Positions 11,734 to 22,960 of a stretch of 32,365 bases of DNA are shown here, one piece after another. The notes below the pieces were generated by a model. It had not been told where the DNA came from. It saw only the letters and a list, made by a program, of their open reading frames with translations, and searched no databases. Both the position numbers and the translations under genes were made by a program. How positions within the stretch are numbered: position 1 is the stretch's first letter; each line of letters begins with the position of its first letter. Origin of the DNA: Neoechinorhynchus agilis (Eukaryota > Animalia > Acanthocephala); NCBI GenBank assembly GCA_051530055.1, contig CM121343.1:1-32365 (forward strand), in the 5' to 3' direction.

Positions 11734-12805
11734 TGACGGCTAACTTGAATTTGCCCGCCGATTCAATGTTGAACTTCTTCAAGAACAATGACTAAATTGG
11801 TACTTTTCACAAATTGCGAAAAAATTTGAACGGGCGCTAAATCATTACCCAGACCGTGGATTCTTCTATTTTTTCGTACCTTCCAAAACGCCCTCCGCTT
11901 TCTATCGCTGCATTCGCGTTCCTCTCATCGTTCTTTTTTGTTCGTCGATAAGTCGAGCGATATTTGGAGAGGATAGTTGATTTCTACGTTCGTACCGAGG
12001 ACGAGCGAAGGTGTCTTAGCGCCTAAATGTGAGTAATTTTTCTCGAAATTTTGTGGCAGCGTCAATATTAAAATGTAATGGATATTGGGCATAATTAGTG
12101 AAATCAATTTGTTGCATTGACGAATTCTTTAAGATTTAACTGTCTTGTAGAATAAAAATGAACGCCTCGCCACGAATTTGATCCATGCGAAGATTTTGTT
12201 CGATTATTTCCAACCCGATAAGACGCGGAGAAATCCATCGGGATTCTTGATTTCTACGGATTAAGATCGGGCCAAAAATGTTGCTTGATTCCATTTCTCC
12301 TTACACTTAAAATAGAGAAGTGACTCCTGAAATTTGGCGTTTGAACACATGTCAATTAGCACTCTCATGTTGAACATTTATAGGATTTCATTGACCTTCA
12401 ACAACGGAAACTTTGAAGCTCTTCCGAAACACAATCTCGTTTTATCAATTGAGCCTCATAATGCAATCCCGAAAAAGTTAATTGAGCATTCATATACCGA
12501 TTTCTATTTTTTTAACAAAGTGAGCAATAATACAGATGCATTGCCAATTAAAAGTTGAGCCTATTTAATCATGTCGACTTCATCCGGTTTTCGATTGTAG
12601 GTGGTGTGATTTCCCTTTCTTATTCTAGTTGCGCTTCCTCCTCCTTTATTGATAGCAACATTCTGTACTCATTGAACCTGGACGTGAAGGTGCTCCACGG
12701 CGTTCGCCTGTACCCCTGCGCACGTGGACTTCGCTTGATGGCCTACTCTTGCCTTCACTATATTCATCAGCCCGCCAACTGGCTTGTTGAAGACAGTGCG
12801 CTCTT

Positions 12806-13887
12806 AGGTCCCATTAAGTATATTTGCTCTAAGTTCAAAACGTAATATGAATACCGAAGAAAAAAATGCTTTGATTGAGCATTTAAAGGTTGTCCCCTTT
12901 CATGTACAGGAAATGCCGGCCCCTCTTCAAGGTAAGAGTAATGCGGACCAGGCATTAGGTGCAACGTCGCACACTCAGGTCCAATTGCAAAGGCCGAAAA
13001 TAGAGGACTCCTGTGATTGTGAAGAAGCTGAAATACTGCTGCGTCTCAAGTACCTTCAAATCTTTGACGATCTGCTTTCGGAAGGCGCTTTGTATACAAA
13101 AAGGTTAGGAACGCATCTCAGTAAGGATGAAAAAGTATATTTAGACTTTAAAAAAATGATTTTAACAATAGATCCCCGAATTTAAGAATTACCGCAAGGT
13201 TTATGGGTTTCACAAATTTTTAAATGTTATCTAAAAAGACAAAATTGTGCAAATTCTTTGTAATAAAATTTTTGCATCGAATTGCATACACAAAAAGGAA
13301 TGCGATTTAAAATAAGCTTTTAATTTCTGACTCGGTAATCTGTTCATGAGTTGGGCGATATTATACTTTCAAAATACAAATTGGACGCTGAAAAGTTATA
13401 ATGCTCGCTTAGAAAGTATTTTCGATACCGGTATATGGTTACACTTTTAAAGATCGCAGTAGAAACGAAGACAACTAAAAATCAATTTGGCGGCTGGAGT
13501 ATTTCAATGGACCACGAACGACTACACAAACTCCTATTTTTAATCTCAACTTTTATTGGAATTTCATCCTTACTGAGATGCGTTCCTAACCTTTTTGTAT
13601 ACAAAGCGCCTTCCGAAAGAAGATCGTCAAAGATTTGAAGGTACTTGAGACGCAGCAGTATTTCAGCTTCTTCACAATCGCAGGAGTCCTCTATTTTCGG
13701 CCTTTGCAATTGGACCTGAGTGTGCGACGTTGCACCTAATGCCTGGTCCGCATTACTCTTACCTTGAAGAGGGTCCGGCATTTTTTGTACATGAAAGGGG
13801 ACAACCTTTAAATGCTCAATCAAAGCATTTTTTCTTCGGTATTCATATTACGTTTTGAACTTAGAGCAAATAAACTTGATGGGACCT
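12806..13887. repeat. Inverted repeat: arms 12806-13132 and 13562-13887, 429 bp spacer; arms are fragments of a zinc-finger-family gene
   Basis: The 312 bp core differs by 5 substitutions and 1 indel. Both arms translate to ...ALGATSHTQVQLQRPKIEDSCDCEEA.... 12940-13029 is 81/90 nt identical to 24321-24410. Confidence 0.95.
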
Positions 13888-14289
13888 TCGTTGACTACAC
13901 GTTACATAGTAAATATGCTATTACGTCTCTAAGAAACGACAACCAAGTAGTATGCTTACTGTTCTTTTTCGTCGCCGTCCTCGTTGTTGTTACATGCTGC
14001 CGCGCAAAATGTTCGCTGGGTGTTTTGTATACGATCAGATGTTGTTTCGTAAAAGTGTTGTGGTAGCACTCTTTCAATGTTTTCCGGTGTGAAGTCGCGA
14101 AAGGCCTCGGTGCAAATGAGTGCTTGCCATAAATTAAAAAATATGTCGGAGGTGTATTCAAGATCGTGCAACTTTGTTCCGGAGGAAAACAAACAATGGA
14201 GAATCCGACGTCAGTGAGGGCTAATCCATCGTTATTCAGTAAGCAATTTTTCTGATTGCTTGACGATAATCCTCTTCAATCAGTGCCTT

Positions 14290-15516
14290 CACAAAAATCG
14301 CATATTGCTCTCCCAAACAAACATCGACTGTTACAGGGCACTACATAGGCCTTGACTCTTTTTTTCGCTCCGCTGAGTTCCACTGTCAATTCACATTCTC
14401 CAAAATCCACGACTTTCGTCCCCCAAATCCCTTCGATTCTTTGCCCTTAAACAATATCGGACGTCCTACTTGTTCCCATACCTTTTTGTTAATAACGCTT
14501 ACCTCCGCTCCTGTATCGAATTGCATCTTGCAGTTGGCATTATTGATTTTGATCGCGATCTCCATTCTTTTGTTCTTTCTTTTATCGACCACGTCTAAGC
14601 TAATTTGCTCGTTGTCATCTTGTGCACCTTCCAATGGTGCCAAGTCGACCACCCACATTTTCGAGCAAAATGTCCTATTCGCTTGCACTTGTAGCATCGA
14701 GCTCGCTCCGCTGGGCATCTTGATCGGAAATTATGTGCAATGCCGCATTTTCTACATTTCCGGGCGCTTATCGTTGCTTCGTTTCGCTTCCCTCCGCTAT
14801 CTCCATCTGTCGATCGTCGATTAAATCTCATTCCTGTTCTTTGCTCCAATCTATTGATATCGTGCTCCATTTTTAATTCTTTAGGTTTTCCCCCAATAAT
14901 TTTCTGGGCTTTCTCACTTGCTTCCATCGCGTGGGCCAATTCTAATAACTTTTGTGGTGTTCTTGCACTGCATCGCGGTCTTTCTGAATGTCTCATTGGA
15001 TATTCGGAGGATAACCAGGTCTTTGATTCTATCATCCACGGCTTTCAACTCATCATCAATCTCTTTTGAGAAAAAGTTGCATTCTCTTGCAGCTCCTCGC
15101 ATATCAGCCACCCATTGTGCATGTGTTTCGCCTTCATGTTTATTTTTCGAATTGAAAATGTATCTGGCCAATATTTCCAATGCCTCAGCTTTTTAATATT
15201 CATCCACTAGCCGGATAATGTCCTTATTTGCGAACTTCGTTATCCCCTGTGCTGCCATCAATTTTTTTATCAGCTTGTATGTTTCGGCACCGACCCATGC
15301 AAGCATATTTGCCTTTTTGGTTCCATATTCGATCACTCCATTAGCTTCCATATACTGGTTCATTTGTTCAACATATTCTGCCCAATCCTCCTGCTCCGGC
15401 TCGTATCGTCTGAATGCATTTATCCCTCTCCCCTGTCCATATGCATCCAATTCGCCTTTTCCGTGCATTGATCTCATGAGCTCCATCATTGCTGCTTCTG
15501 TTGCTGCCGCATCCAC
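14290..15516 (-). mobile_element. Ty3/gypsy (K02A2.6/Mag-like) gag + protease, frameshifted
   Basis: EDWAEYVEQMNQYMEANGV, ARYIFNSKNKHEGET...DMRGAARECNF, knuckles CRKCGIAHNFRSRC and CYKCKRIGHFARKC, protease FDTGAEVSVI...GECELTV...YVVP...LFGR. Confidence 0.92.
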
Positions 15517-15565
15517 TCCCTCATCATGTTCGCTTGATCCTTTATGATCTGCTGCAACATTTGAG

Positions 15566-15579
15566 CACCCTCGTTGCCA
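15566..15579 (-). promoter_or_regulatory. Primer binding site, probably tRNA-Ser(GCT)
   Basis: Minus strand reads ...TCACA-TT-TGGCAACGAGGGTG, 2 nt after the LTR end. From recalled metazoan tRNA-Ser(GCT) sequences this is one mismatch from the complement of the 3' end (TGGCGACGAGG...). Confidence 0.8.
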
Positions 15580-15581
15580 AA

Positions 15582-15936
15582 TGTGACCGAGTCACTAGTA
15601 GACATGTTCTATATTCTACACAAAACCGAACACGCACACCTACACATATTCGCGCATGCAGTTACTACTGTTTATCACCCGATCGATGACATGACGACAT
15701 CATGCCCACTATAACACTTTCACAGCGTCTTGGGATCTCCACTCACACTGTCCGTCCGCCTCTTCTTGAGCGCTCGAGCTCGGTTCTCCATGCGCTCTTC
15801 GCCCAGACGTCTTCATCCGCTTGTGTCATCTGCAGGTACCATCGCATATCGACAACAAACAGTTTTCACACCTCCTCATTGGGCACTCGATCCTTGCGTG
15901 TCAATCCTGCGGACCATCTCAGCATCCGCATTTTGT
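15582..15936 (-). repeat. 5' terminal direct repeat (143 bp core 15582-15724 + RTE-derived segment)
   Basis: Same sequence as 11379-11733; directly abuts the PBS. Confidence 0.93.
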
Positions 15937-16495
15937 CGGTGCGGTGGGACAGTGAATAGGTCGGGGACTCACGGCCTTGACTGCAAGCGTTCAAATGCAC
16001 GCCACGCATGGCACTCAGCAGTCAACCACATAATTAAGGAAGCCCTCTCAACGACCGGTTTTCCCGCTCGATTCGAACCAATCGGACTTTCTCGGAAAGA
16101 CGGTAATCGCCCTGATGGAGCGACTCTCCTCCCATGGTGTTGCGCGAAAATACTGGTTTGGGATTGTACTTACCCCAACACGCTCGCAGCATCCCACTTA
16201 CTGGATTCCACTTCAAAGCCGGTAGCAGTCTCCAGCTTCAGCAAGGAATAGAAGCGGCATAAGTACTCCTAGCTCGATGGGCATCAATATATATTCATCC
16301 CGATTGCGGTGGAAACGCTGGGATGCATCGGAAAAGAAGCCGATTATTTCCTTTGTCGACTGGGAAAGATGCTAAAACATGCTACCGGCGATATGCGCTC
16401 CAGTAGCTGTTGCAGCGAATCAGCGCGGCGGTCCAACGCAGCAATGCCGCGGCCATCAAGGAAGCTGCTGAGCAATCATAAAAACGTATTCCATT
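15934..16495 (+). mobile_element. CRE-clade element, 3' part: zinc knuckle + restriction-like endonuclease
   Basis: CRCGGTVNRSGTHGLDC, RH, EP, RPDG...LVWDCT, FIPIAVETLG and terminal RISAAVQRSNAAAI; resumes where the left part stops. Confidence 0.9.
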
Positions 16496-18303
16496 AGCTA
16501 AAATGATTGGCATTGATATCCTCGGCCCATTCCTCTTCAGACGCTAGGATCAAAGCGTTGAAGATGGCGATTATATTTTCTAAGCTGAGGACATTAGTAG
16601 CTTTAAAGGGGATAGAAGACCCATTATTCGAAACTTTGTCCCTTGATTTCCAACATAGAATAATATCCGAACTTTTCAGATCGAATCGACTCGCTTTAAT
16701 TGGTAAATAAACGCCCACCTAAGATTCCCTATGACAACCGTTTGCATGGGTAGCACAGAGTGCTTTTATGACATTCTCGAGGCCATCACATTTATTCCAG
16801 GAGGAAGCAGCCTTTTGTCCAAGTTAAAGACGAACCAATCAAGCCACAATCTAATCCTTTACCCGTGGCAAAAACCAAGTTGATGAACCGCATTGTGTTC
16901 AATACGTATGACGATTTGTTAGCTGTTCAGAATATAAATCGGAGGACGTCCAGATAAAGATGAGTATAACCGAATATTTGAGAATTTTTTTGACAAGCCC
17001 TTTCTTCAACCAATCAATATGACCAAGCGCACTTCCCGTTTTCCATCTGAAAATCTTTCTCGAGTGTTTAACAAATCACCAAAAAAGGACAATTTTCTCT
17101 CGGAAAGCAAGTTCAATGCCCATCAATGGGAGTGCGAATGTCTGAATGCGTAATCGTAATGAACGAAAACCTGAAAACTCAAAATCCGCGCCATACCCAC
17201 CAATCCATGTGCCTATAAGATACAATTTCTATTAAAGTTGAATAAAAAGAATGATATTTTGCCAAGGGCTTCAAACGGTGAATTGAATCGCAGAAATTCA
17301 ATAACTCACAACTTCGATCTTCCTAAAATTGATTGTGTCATTTAAACGTCACGCTTGATCTTGGCGAAAGGCTCTTGTTGTGCCCTCCTAAAGAAGAATA
17401 AGGCACGAAATTTTAGACTACGGGAATGTTCACTAAGAGTTTTAATCGATGTTACACATCCGCTCCTTTTGTCAACGGAGTCTTGCATATTGAAGTGAAC
17501 ACATCACTTACAAAGCTCCCTCCAATCCGGGCCGGGGAAGATGGATAAAATCAATCATAACACCAACTTGAACAATACGGTTGTGGGTTTTCACATGGCT
17601 TTGAATTCTCAAATACCGACCTAAACTGCGATTTAGGCTTCAAGTCCACCTCGGCACAACTGCGGAATGTGCAAACTCTGCCATTTTTTAGCCTGTTAAA
17701 GGTATTTTATCCTATGTCGGACTAGCCAGTTACCTTCTTATTTTCGAAGTGTCGAAGTGAACATGTTTAAGTGACTAAATCACATTCCTGAGCAGGGGAA
17801 ATCAGCCACCCGGCTAGCCTAAGAGAAAAAGGAATTGTGTAAATCCGAACAGACGAAGTCCACCTGAACAACGTCCCGCTTTCATATGCACCTTTCTCGG
17901 AGAACTAAGCAATCTTCACTATCCTTCGAAAAAAGAACAAATGACTTGGCCCAGAAAAGTGGTGTCATTTCCCCGATTGCCAAATGACAGTCTCCCTCTG
18001 TGTAAACAATGGTGTTTTTCTAAAAATATATTTCTTTAAATATGAAAGAGTGAGTTTTTGGGTCTCATGACTCTATTTAATTTGTTCAGCTTTTAAAGAT
18101 TTTTAAAAGCAAGTTTTACCATTTGGGGGAAAACAGCTCACTGAAGAAGTTAGTTCAGTAGTGTTAAGTCATTAAAATTTAATAAAAAGTATGCTTTCAG
18201 CGGAATTGATACTCTTTTACGCATAGGTTTTATTGGCTGAAGTCATTTTAGTTCGTTAATACCAGTTTCGACCATATATATACATATTTGCTTTAGTCCG
18301 CTG

Positions 18304-21300
18304 TTATGCAAGTTCAAAACCTGATTGGGCTCGAATACTCTGCAAAAGTCTTGTTCGCATGATATGTTTGTTTTCATACGGTGGGAGGCCTAACGCATTA
18401 ATGCACGTTTGAGCCGTTGGCCATCGCTCAGTATCACGACCGAAATCACCGACGGTGAAAGGCGGATTAAGTCCGGCAAATCCCGACATTGGTAATCTAT
18501 CTGAGCTTGTAACAAATTTCAGGAGCAACCGTCTTTCTTCGTTAGTGAAGTTGTTTAAGACGTCCCAAAATAGTATAATAACCGGGTGTTCGGAGTGGTA
18601 CGCGCCAGTGTAGTTCGCACATTCACGCCATTCAATGCAATCCAAAGTGGTAATCGCACGTCCGTTAATTAGAATTTGAAACTCGTCTGGATTAAACACT
18701 TGTAGCATTTGGAACGGTTTCGTTCCTAGAACGTGAGACATTCCGAGGCAAATGGCATTCGACTGCTGAATCATCGAATCATAAAGCACATTCTTGACCA
18801 TTTTATGTACAAACGAGTGTAAGACATTGGTTTTTCTCACCTTATTGCAATGGGAGCAGCCATTGGAAAAAACCAATGGATAAAACCTTTTTGCACAGAA
18901 TACCGTCTTGTTCACCCTCAACGTAATCGGCCATGTTGATCCCAATTTCAGACAGCTGATCATCAGTCATTGTACATAAAGAAGATAGTCCATAGTAGAG
19001 ATCATCATCAACTCCCAATAGCTGTTTTATGCGGAAATTCTCACTCGGATCACATATCCATTCGCCCAACTCCATCATTTCGTCGTGCATTAAACAAGCC
19101 GCTTTATACTTTGAATTTCGAAATTCGGGATCGCGAGAAAATCGGGCGCAATGAGATCGGATGTTCCTCATAAGAATTTCTAGGAAATTCTCAGAGATGG
19201 GAACATCACAGGTATGACCTTCAATAATCATTTTGGCCATAACTCTTCCAATGGAAATAAAATCGTTGATGTAACCTCTAGATCCGATCTTATCCGGTAT
19301 AACAGTTTGCAAAGAAGTATATTTAAAAAGCCCTCTTCTGGGGTTCAGAGCTTCTTGCATAAATAAATTATGAAATTCTCTTAGAATGCCACCTCCATCA
19401 ACACCATATTCTTCGAGACCATATTGATTAACCATAACTACATGCGGCTCCTTATAAAGCGAGAGAGTCGGATTATTTGTATAGGAAAGAAGTCCGTCTT
19501 CGTAAATATGATTTCGTCTTATAGCAATCGGTTGCTCACCATGATGAGCCGGGGTGCTAGGTGTGTGGTGCACTCGGGCGATTTTCTCTATCATTTCAAG
19601 TCTCCGACCGAGATATACCAAGAAAGGAGCCTGTCGTAGCAGAACAGTGGTAAACATATCATTGAGCGACAATTTAGCATTTGTCCAAGTATTTGATTGT
19701 ATAAACAAGCGCGGAAACGAGCCTTCGTCGGTATACATTTCAAGCTGGAGTGTTTTGTAGTCGCGGTTGTAGATTGCAGGATCACCGAGTAGCACCGTCT
19801 CTGATTGTCGAATAAAATTGACTTTATCAGTTGCATTTTTGCAATCTCGAAAATAGAAATCTCTCACGGCTGTTAAAAAGTAAGATAAGCTGTAGCTAAG
19901 AATGAATTTGCTAGATAGTGTATTCCTGTCGCAATTGGAAATCTTCACCTTAGCCACTATTGTTTGCACGCAATCTAAGTATGATTGAAGACAAATGGGA
20001 TAGAGGCTGCGACAGTCACATTGATCAGTGTCAACCATATACAAATACTTGCTCATTAGCAACAAACATCCCTCCAAGACTCCGTTTACGTGGTCATTCA
20101 AATTCATAACTTTCAAAAGATGTTTCGTGAGATCTTGAGCCATTCTTACCATGTCAACATTTGCCAATAATTTCATTAAATATCCGTGAATGGCTTTTAT
20201 ACATGGATTTGAATCATTTCGGTTAGCGGAGGTACTGCACATTTTTGCTAAGTGCCATATAAATGAAAAAAACGAACAAATAACTCTATTCGAACGAGCG
20301 GATAAAATGTCGAATTCCGGATCCTGAATTCGATCGAGCCAACAACCTATATGACAGTACATTATTTTAGCAATATCGGTTTGACATCGGGTTTTTAAGC
20401 TTGGCACCTTGGTTACATTCAGCCAAAGAAGTGGTAGAGTTTCGTTATAGAGGAGAAAGTAATCATCTGTCGCCCTGCACATGGATTTTCCCCTCTGAAT
20501 GATTGTATGTTTCATGCACTGGATAATCAATGGAAATGTGAATTCAGATATATACGTAAGTGAACACTCAGAATCCGCTTCAGAATCATCAAAAAGATCC
20601 AGCTGAAAGCAAAGAAGTATGTCGAATCGAAATTCATAAGGATCTTCCTGGTACACAGACGACATAATTTTACATAACGCTGGGAAATCAACATTCTTAT
20701 CATCACCGTTGGCAAATAAAGTTAATCCATGCATCAGCGCACCGGGACCCTTGATCAAACCCTGCTCGGTTCGACCATATTTTACTGCAATGATCGTATT
20801 AGTTTACAAGGACGAAACAATTCAAATTTGCTTGATTTCTAAATAATAACCCTTCAAACTGTTTGGAGTCATACGAACGAGCGCTACCATGATAACTTGA
20901 AATGATAAAATCGGAGGACAAAATCTAATTAACAACAACAAAGTTTCATAGGTCTGCAAATTCAAAAAGTATTAAATCACTACGCTTTAATTTAATAAAA
21001 ATTTAGAAGATTAGGACCATGTTTAAAAATTGGCTGATTTATCAATTTGCAAATAAAAATTATCTTTAAATAGTCTGTTAAATTTGGAATAAAGAGCAAA
21101 TGTTTAATGTCGATGTGCCATTCGTTTCGTCATTCAGAGCAATGAAAACTTTGGCTAGCTGCTACGGGGACAATACCCGAGTTTTAGATTTCAGAAATAC
21201 AAGCTTCTATCATCAACCATTTTTAAATAAAATGAAAACCTACAAGACTTGGAGAATAAGCATCTATGATATTTATTGCACCTCACCCCATGAAATTTCG

Positions 21301-22517
21301 TACAAATTTCAAGAAGGAAATTCTTTAAATTTCAAGGCATTACAACATGCGTAAAACTCAGTTTCTGAATTAATCGACATTGATTCATTGAAATATTTGA
21401 CTCTAGGTGAATTAATAGCTCAATGCCAACGAAAAATTTCATATTTATATATAATACCCAAGTTTCTGGCTGAATACTAAACCGATCGCTTACACGGCTA
21501 TTTGACAAGATGATATTATCAAACAAAGAATGATCAAAGTAAAATTGAAGAATCGTTTGTGGATTTTTCTAGACTTCCAAATATTCTTTGCGAGTAAAAG
21601 GTAACTAAAGAATTGTGGTGTGAATATACTCGCCCGATTAACAGGTATTTTACTAAGAAATATTTCGGAAAGCGATCAAATAAAGCACTTAGAAGAGGCT
21701 TCCTCTTTCAAGATATCTTCATATCTCTCACCCGGGTGGCGATTATGGTTGCGACACTTAAAACTAAATTATCAAAATGAGATGAAATTTGATACCCTTC
21801 TCTTTTTAAGATCATTGCTATAAAGGCGCCAATATCAACGTAGCCAATGATTCCATCAATAATTTGTTTTTGACTTTACTTGAACCGCGTACATCATAAA
21901 TGGCCTCGAGCCAAATGCGTTTGATGAACTTATAATAAGGACTATCGCGACCTTCGATGACACCTTCTAACCATCTCCAACGAATATTCGAATTGAGGGC
22001 ATCAAAGTATTCCGATAGTACGAATGTTTGGACAAACGAAAATCTACATATTAGCTTCTCAACAATATCGCCACGGACGCACATACTGAATAATTTCATT
22101 AGTTGGAAAAGCCATTGTTGGTTTTCGTTCGTGGCACTAATTCTCTCCAAATCCTCACTGATTTGTCTAACCATCGAAGGAACTATCAAAGCATTGTAGA
22201 TTTGCTTCTACAAATGCCCAAGTTAAAAAGAAGCAAAAGTGCAACTCACCAAAATACGCCGAATAAATGTTTGATCATTGAGCCACGAAGCGAATTTGAT
22301 TGGGAAAACGATGCTAAGAATAGACTCATGCGATGAGAAATCAAGGGACCCAAAATTATCGATTAGATGTTGTTTCGATACAATTGCCTATTATGAAAAC
22401 GAACAAACTTAGATACAAAATCGAGAAACCATTGTACTTAACCAGTTTTTTCTTCGCCAGAACACCTCTAATGAACGACTGTATCGTTATTGCACTTGAA
22501 TTTCTCATCCGTTTCAC
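18304..22517 (-). CDS. Multi-exon IQ-motif/HECT E3 ubiquitin ligase, UBE3B/UBE3C-like; 5' end and some middle exons unresolved
   Basis: HECT motifs IRRNHIYEDG, EEYGVDGGGILREF, LLKFVTSSDRLP, RWPTAQTCINALGLPPY, GFELA*. IQ exon 22517-22443 (AITIQSFIRG). In-frame GT-AG exons 22387-22250, 22207-~21880, 20953-20851, 20784-18887 and 18840-18304. AATAAA at 18234-18229. Confidence 0.88.
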
Positions 22518-22689
22518 CTAAACGCAAGTCATTCCAACGAACACTCAAATCACCCGAATACCATGTGAGAACGTCGATACGATAACACTTGGTCCATTAT
22601 TTCGCCCAGAGATTTCTAGAAAGAATAGATTAAAGCAAAGCTCTTAGCCTCGTACCGTGTGACTGGCGCCATTATAGGATTGTCCTTTC

Positions 22690-22960
22690 TTCGGCCTAAT
22701 AACTCCATCGAATAGCTGAAGCGTACAAGAAGGATCCATGTCCGAAAATGGTTTCAATACAAAACGCGCGCGCGCGCGTCGACACCGCATAGAAACAACT
22801 GCGATTCTTCTGTGTTCTTGTTGTGTGCATGGTCTGAGTTTTAATAAATCTTCTGGGAGTCGCATGCGATGGTACCTCCCGGTGACAGAGGCAGATGAGG
22901 ACGCAGCTCGAGGGGAAAGGTGGGAGGACAGTGTGAGCGGAGATCTCAAAACGTTGGGAG
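22690..22960 (+). mobile_element. Decayed, internally deleted RTE 3'-end fragment
   Basis: RHRIETT...RMRWYLPVTEADEDA...RWEDSVSGDLKTL; shares MRWYL and DSVSGD with the RTE segment inside the 355 bp repeats. Confidence 0.7.
22765..22778. repeat. (CG)7 microsatellite
   Basis: cgcgcgcgcgcgcg read directly. Confidence 0.95.

Larger units (their letters stand above)
11379..15936 (-). mobile_element. Non-autonomous LTR-type retroelement (gag-pro + captured cargo, no pol) inserted in the CRE element
   Basis: Bounded by identical 355 bp direct repeats; PBS next to the right repeat; gag and protease present; no RT, RNaseH or integrase motif seen between 14290 and 11734. Confidence 0.85.

Noticed and set aside
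12764-12770. Hammerhead core CTGATGA on the minus strand
   Set aside because: No stem II and no GAAA at the required position.
14441-15959. Plus-strand ORFs 14441-14824, 14740-15069, 15218-15547, 15702-15959 and 11499-11795 as genes
   Set aside because: They are antisense shadows of gag-pro or of the terminal repeats and carry no independent motifs.
18867-18872. Programmed ribosomal frameshift in the HECT gene
   Set aside because: An intron or a sequencing indel is a simpler explanation, and no stimulatory structure was identified.
21000-21700. Homology of this HECT-gene interval to family X or the array (RLHGY; aatttaaagaatt)
   Set aside because: Anchors occur in the opposite order and are short and AT-rich.
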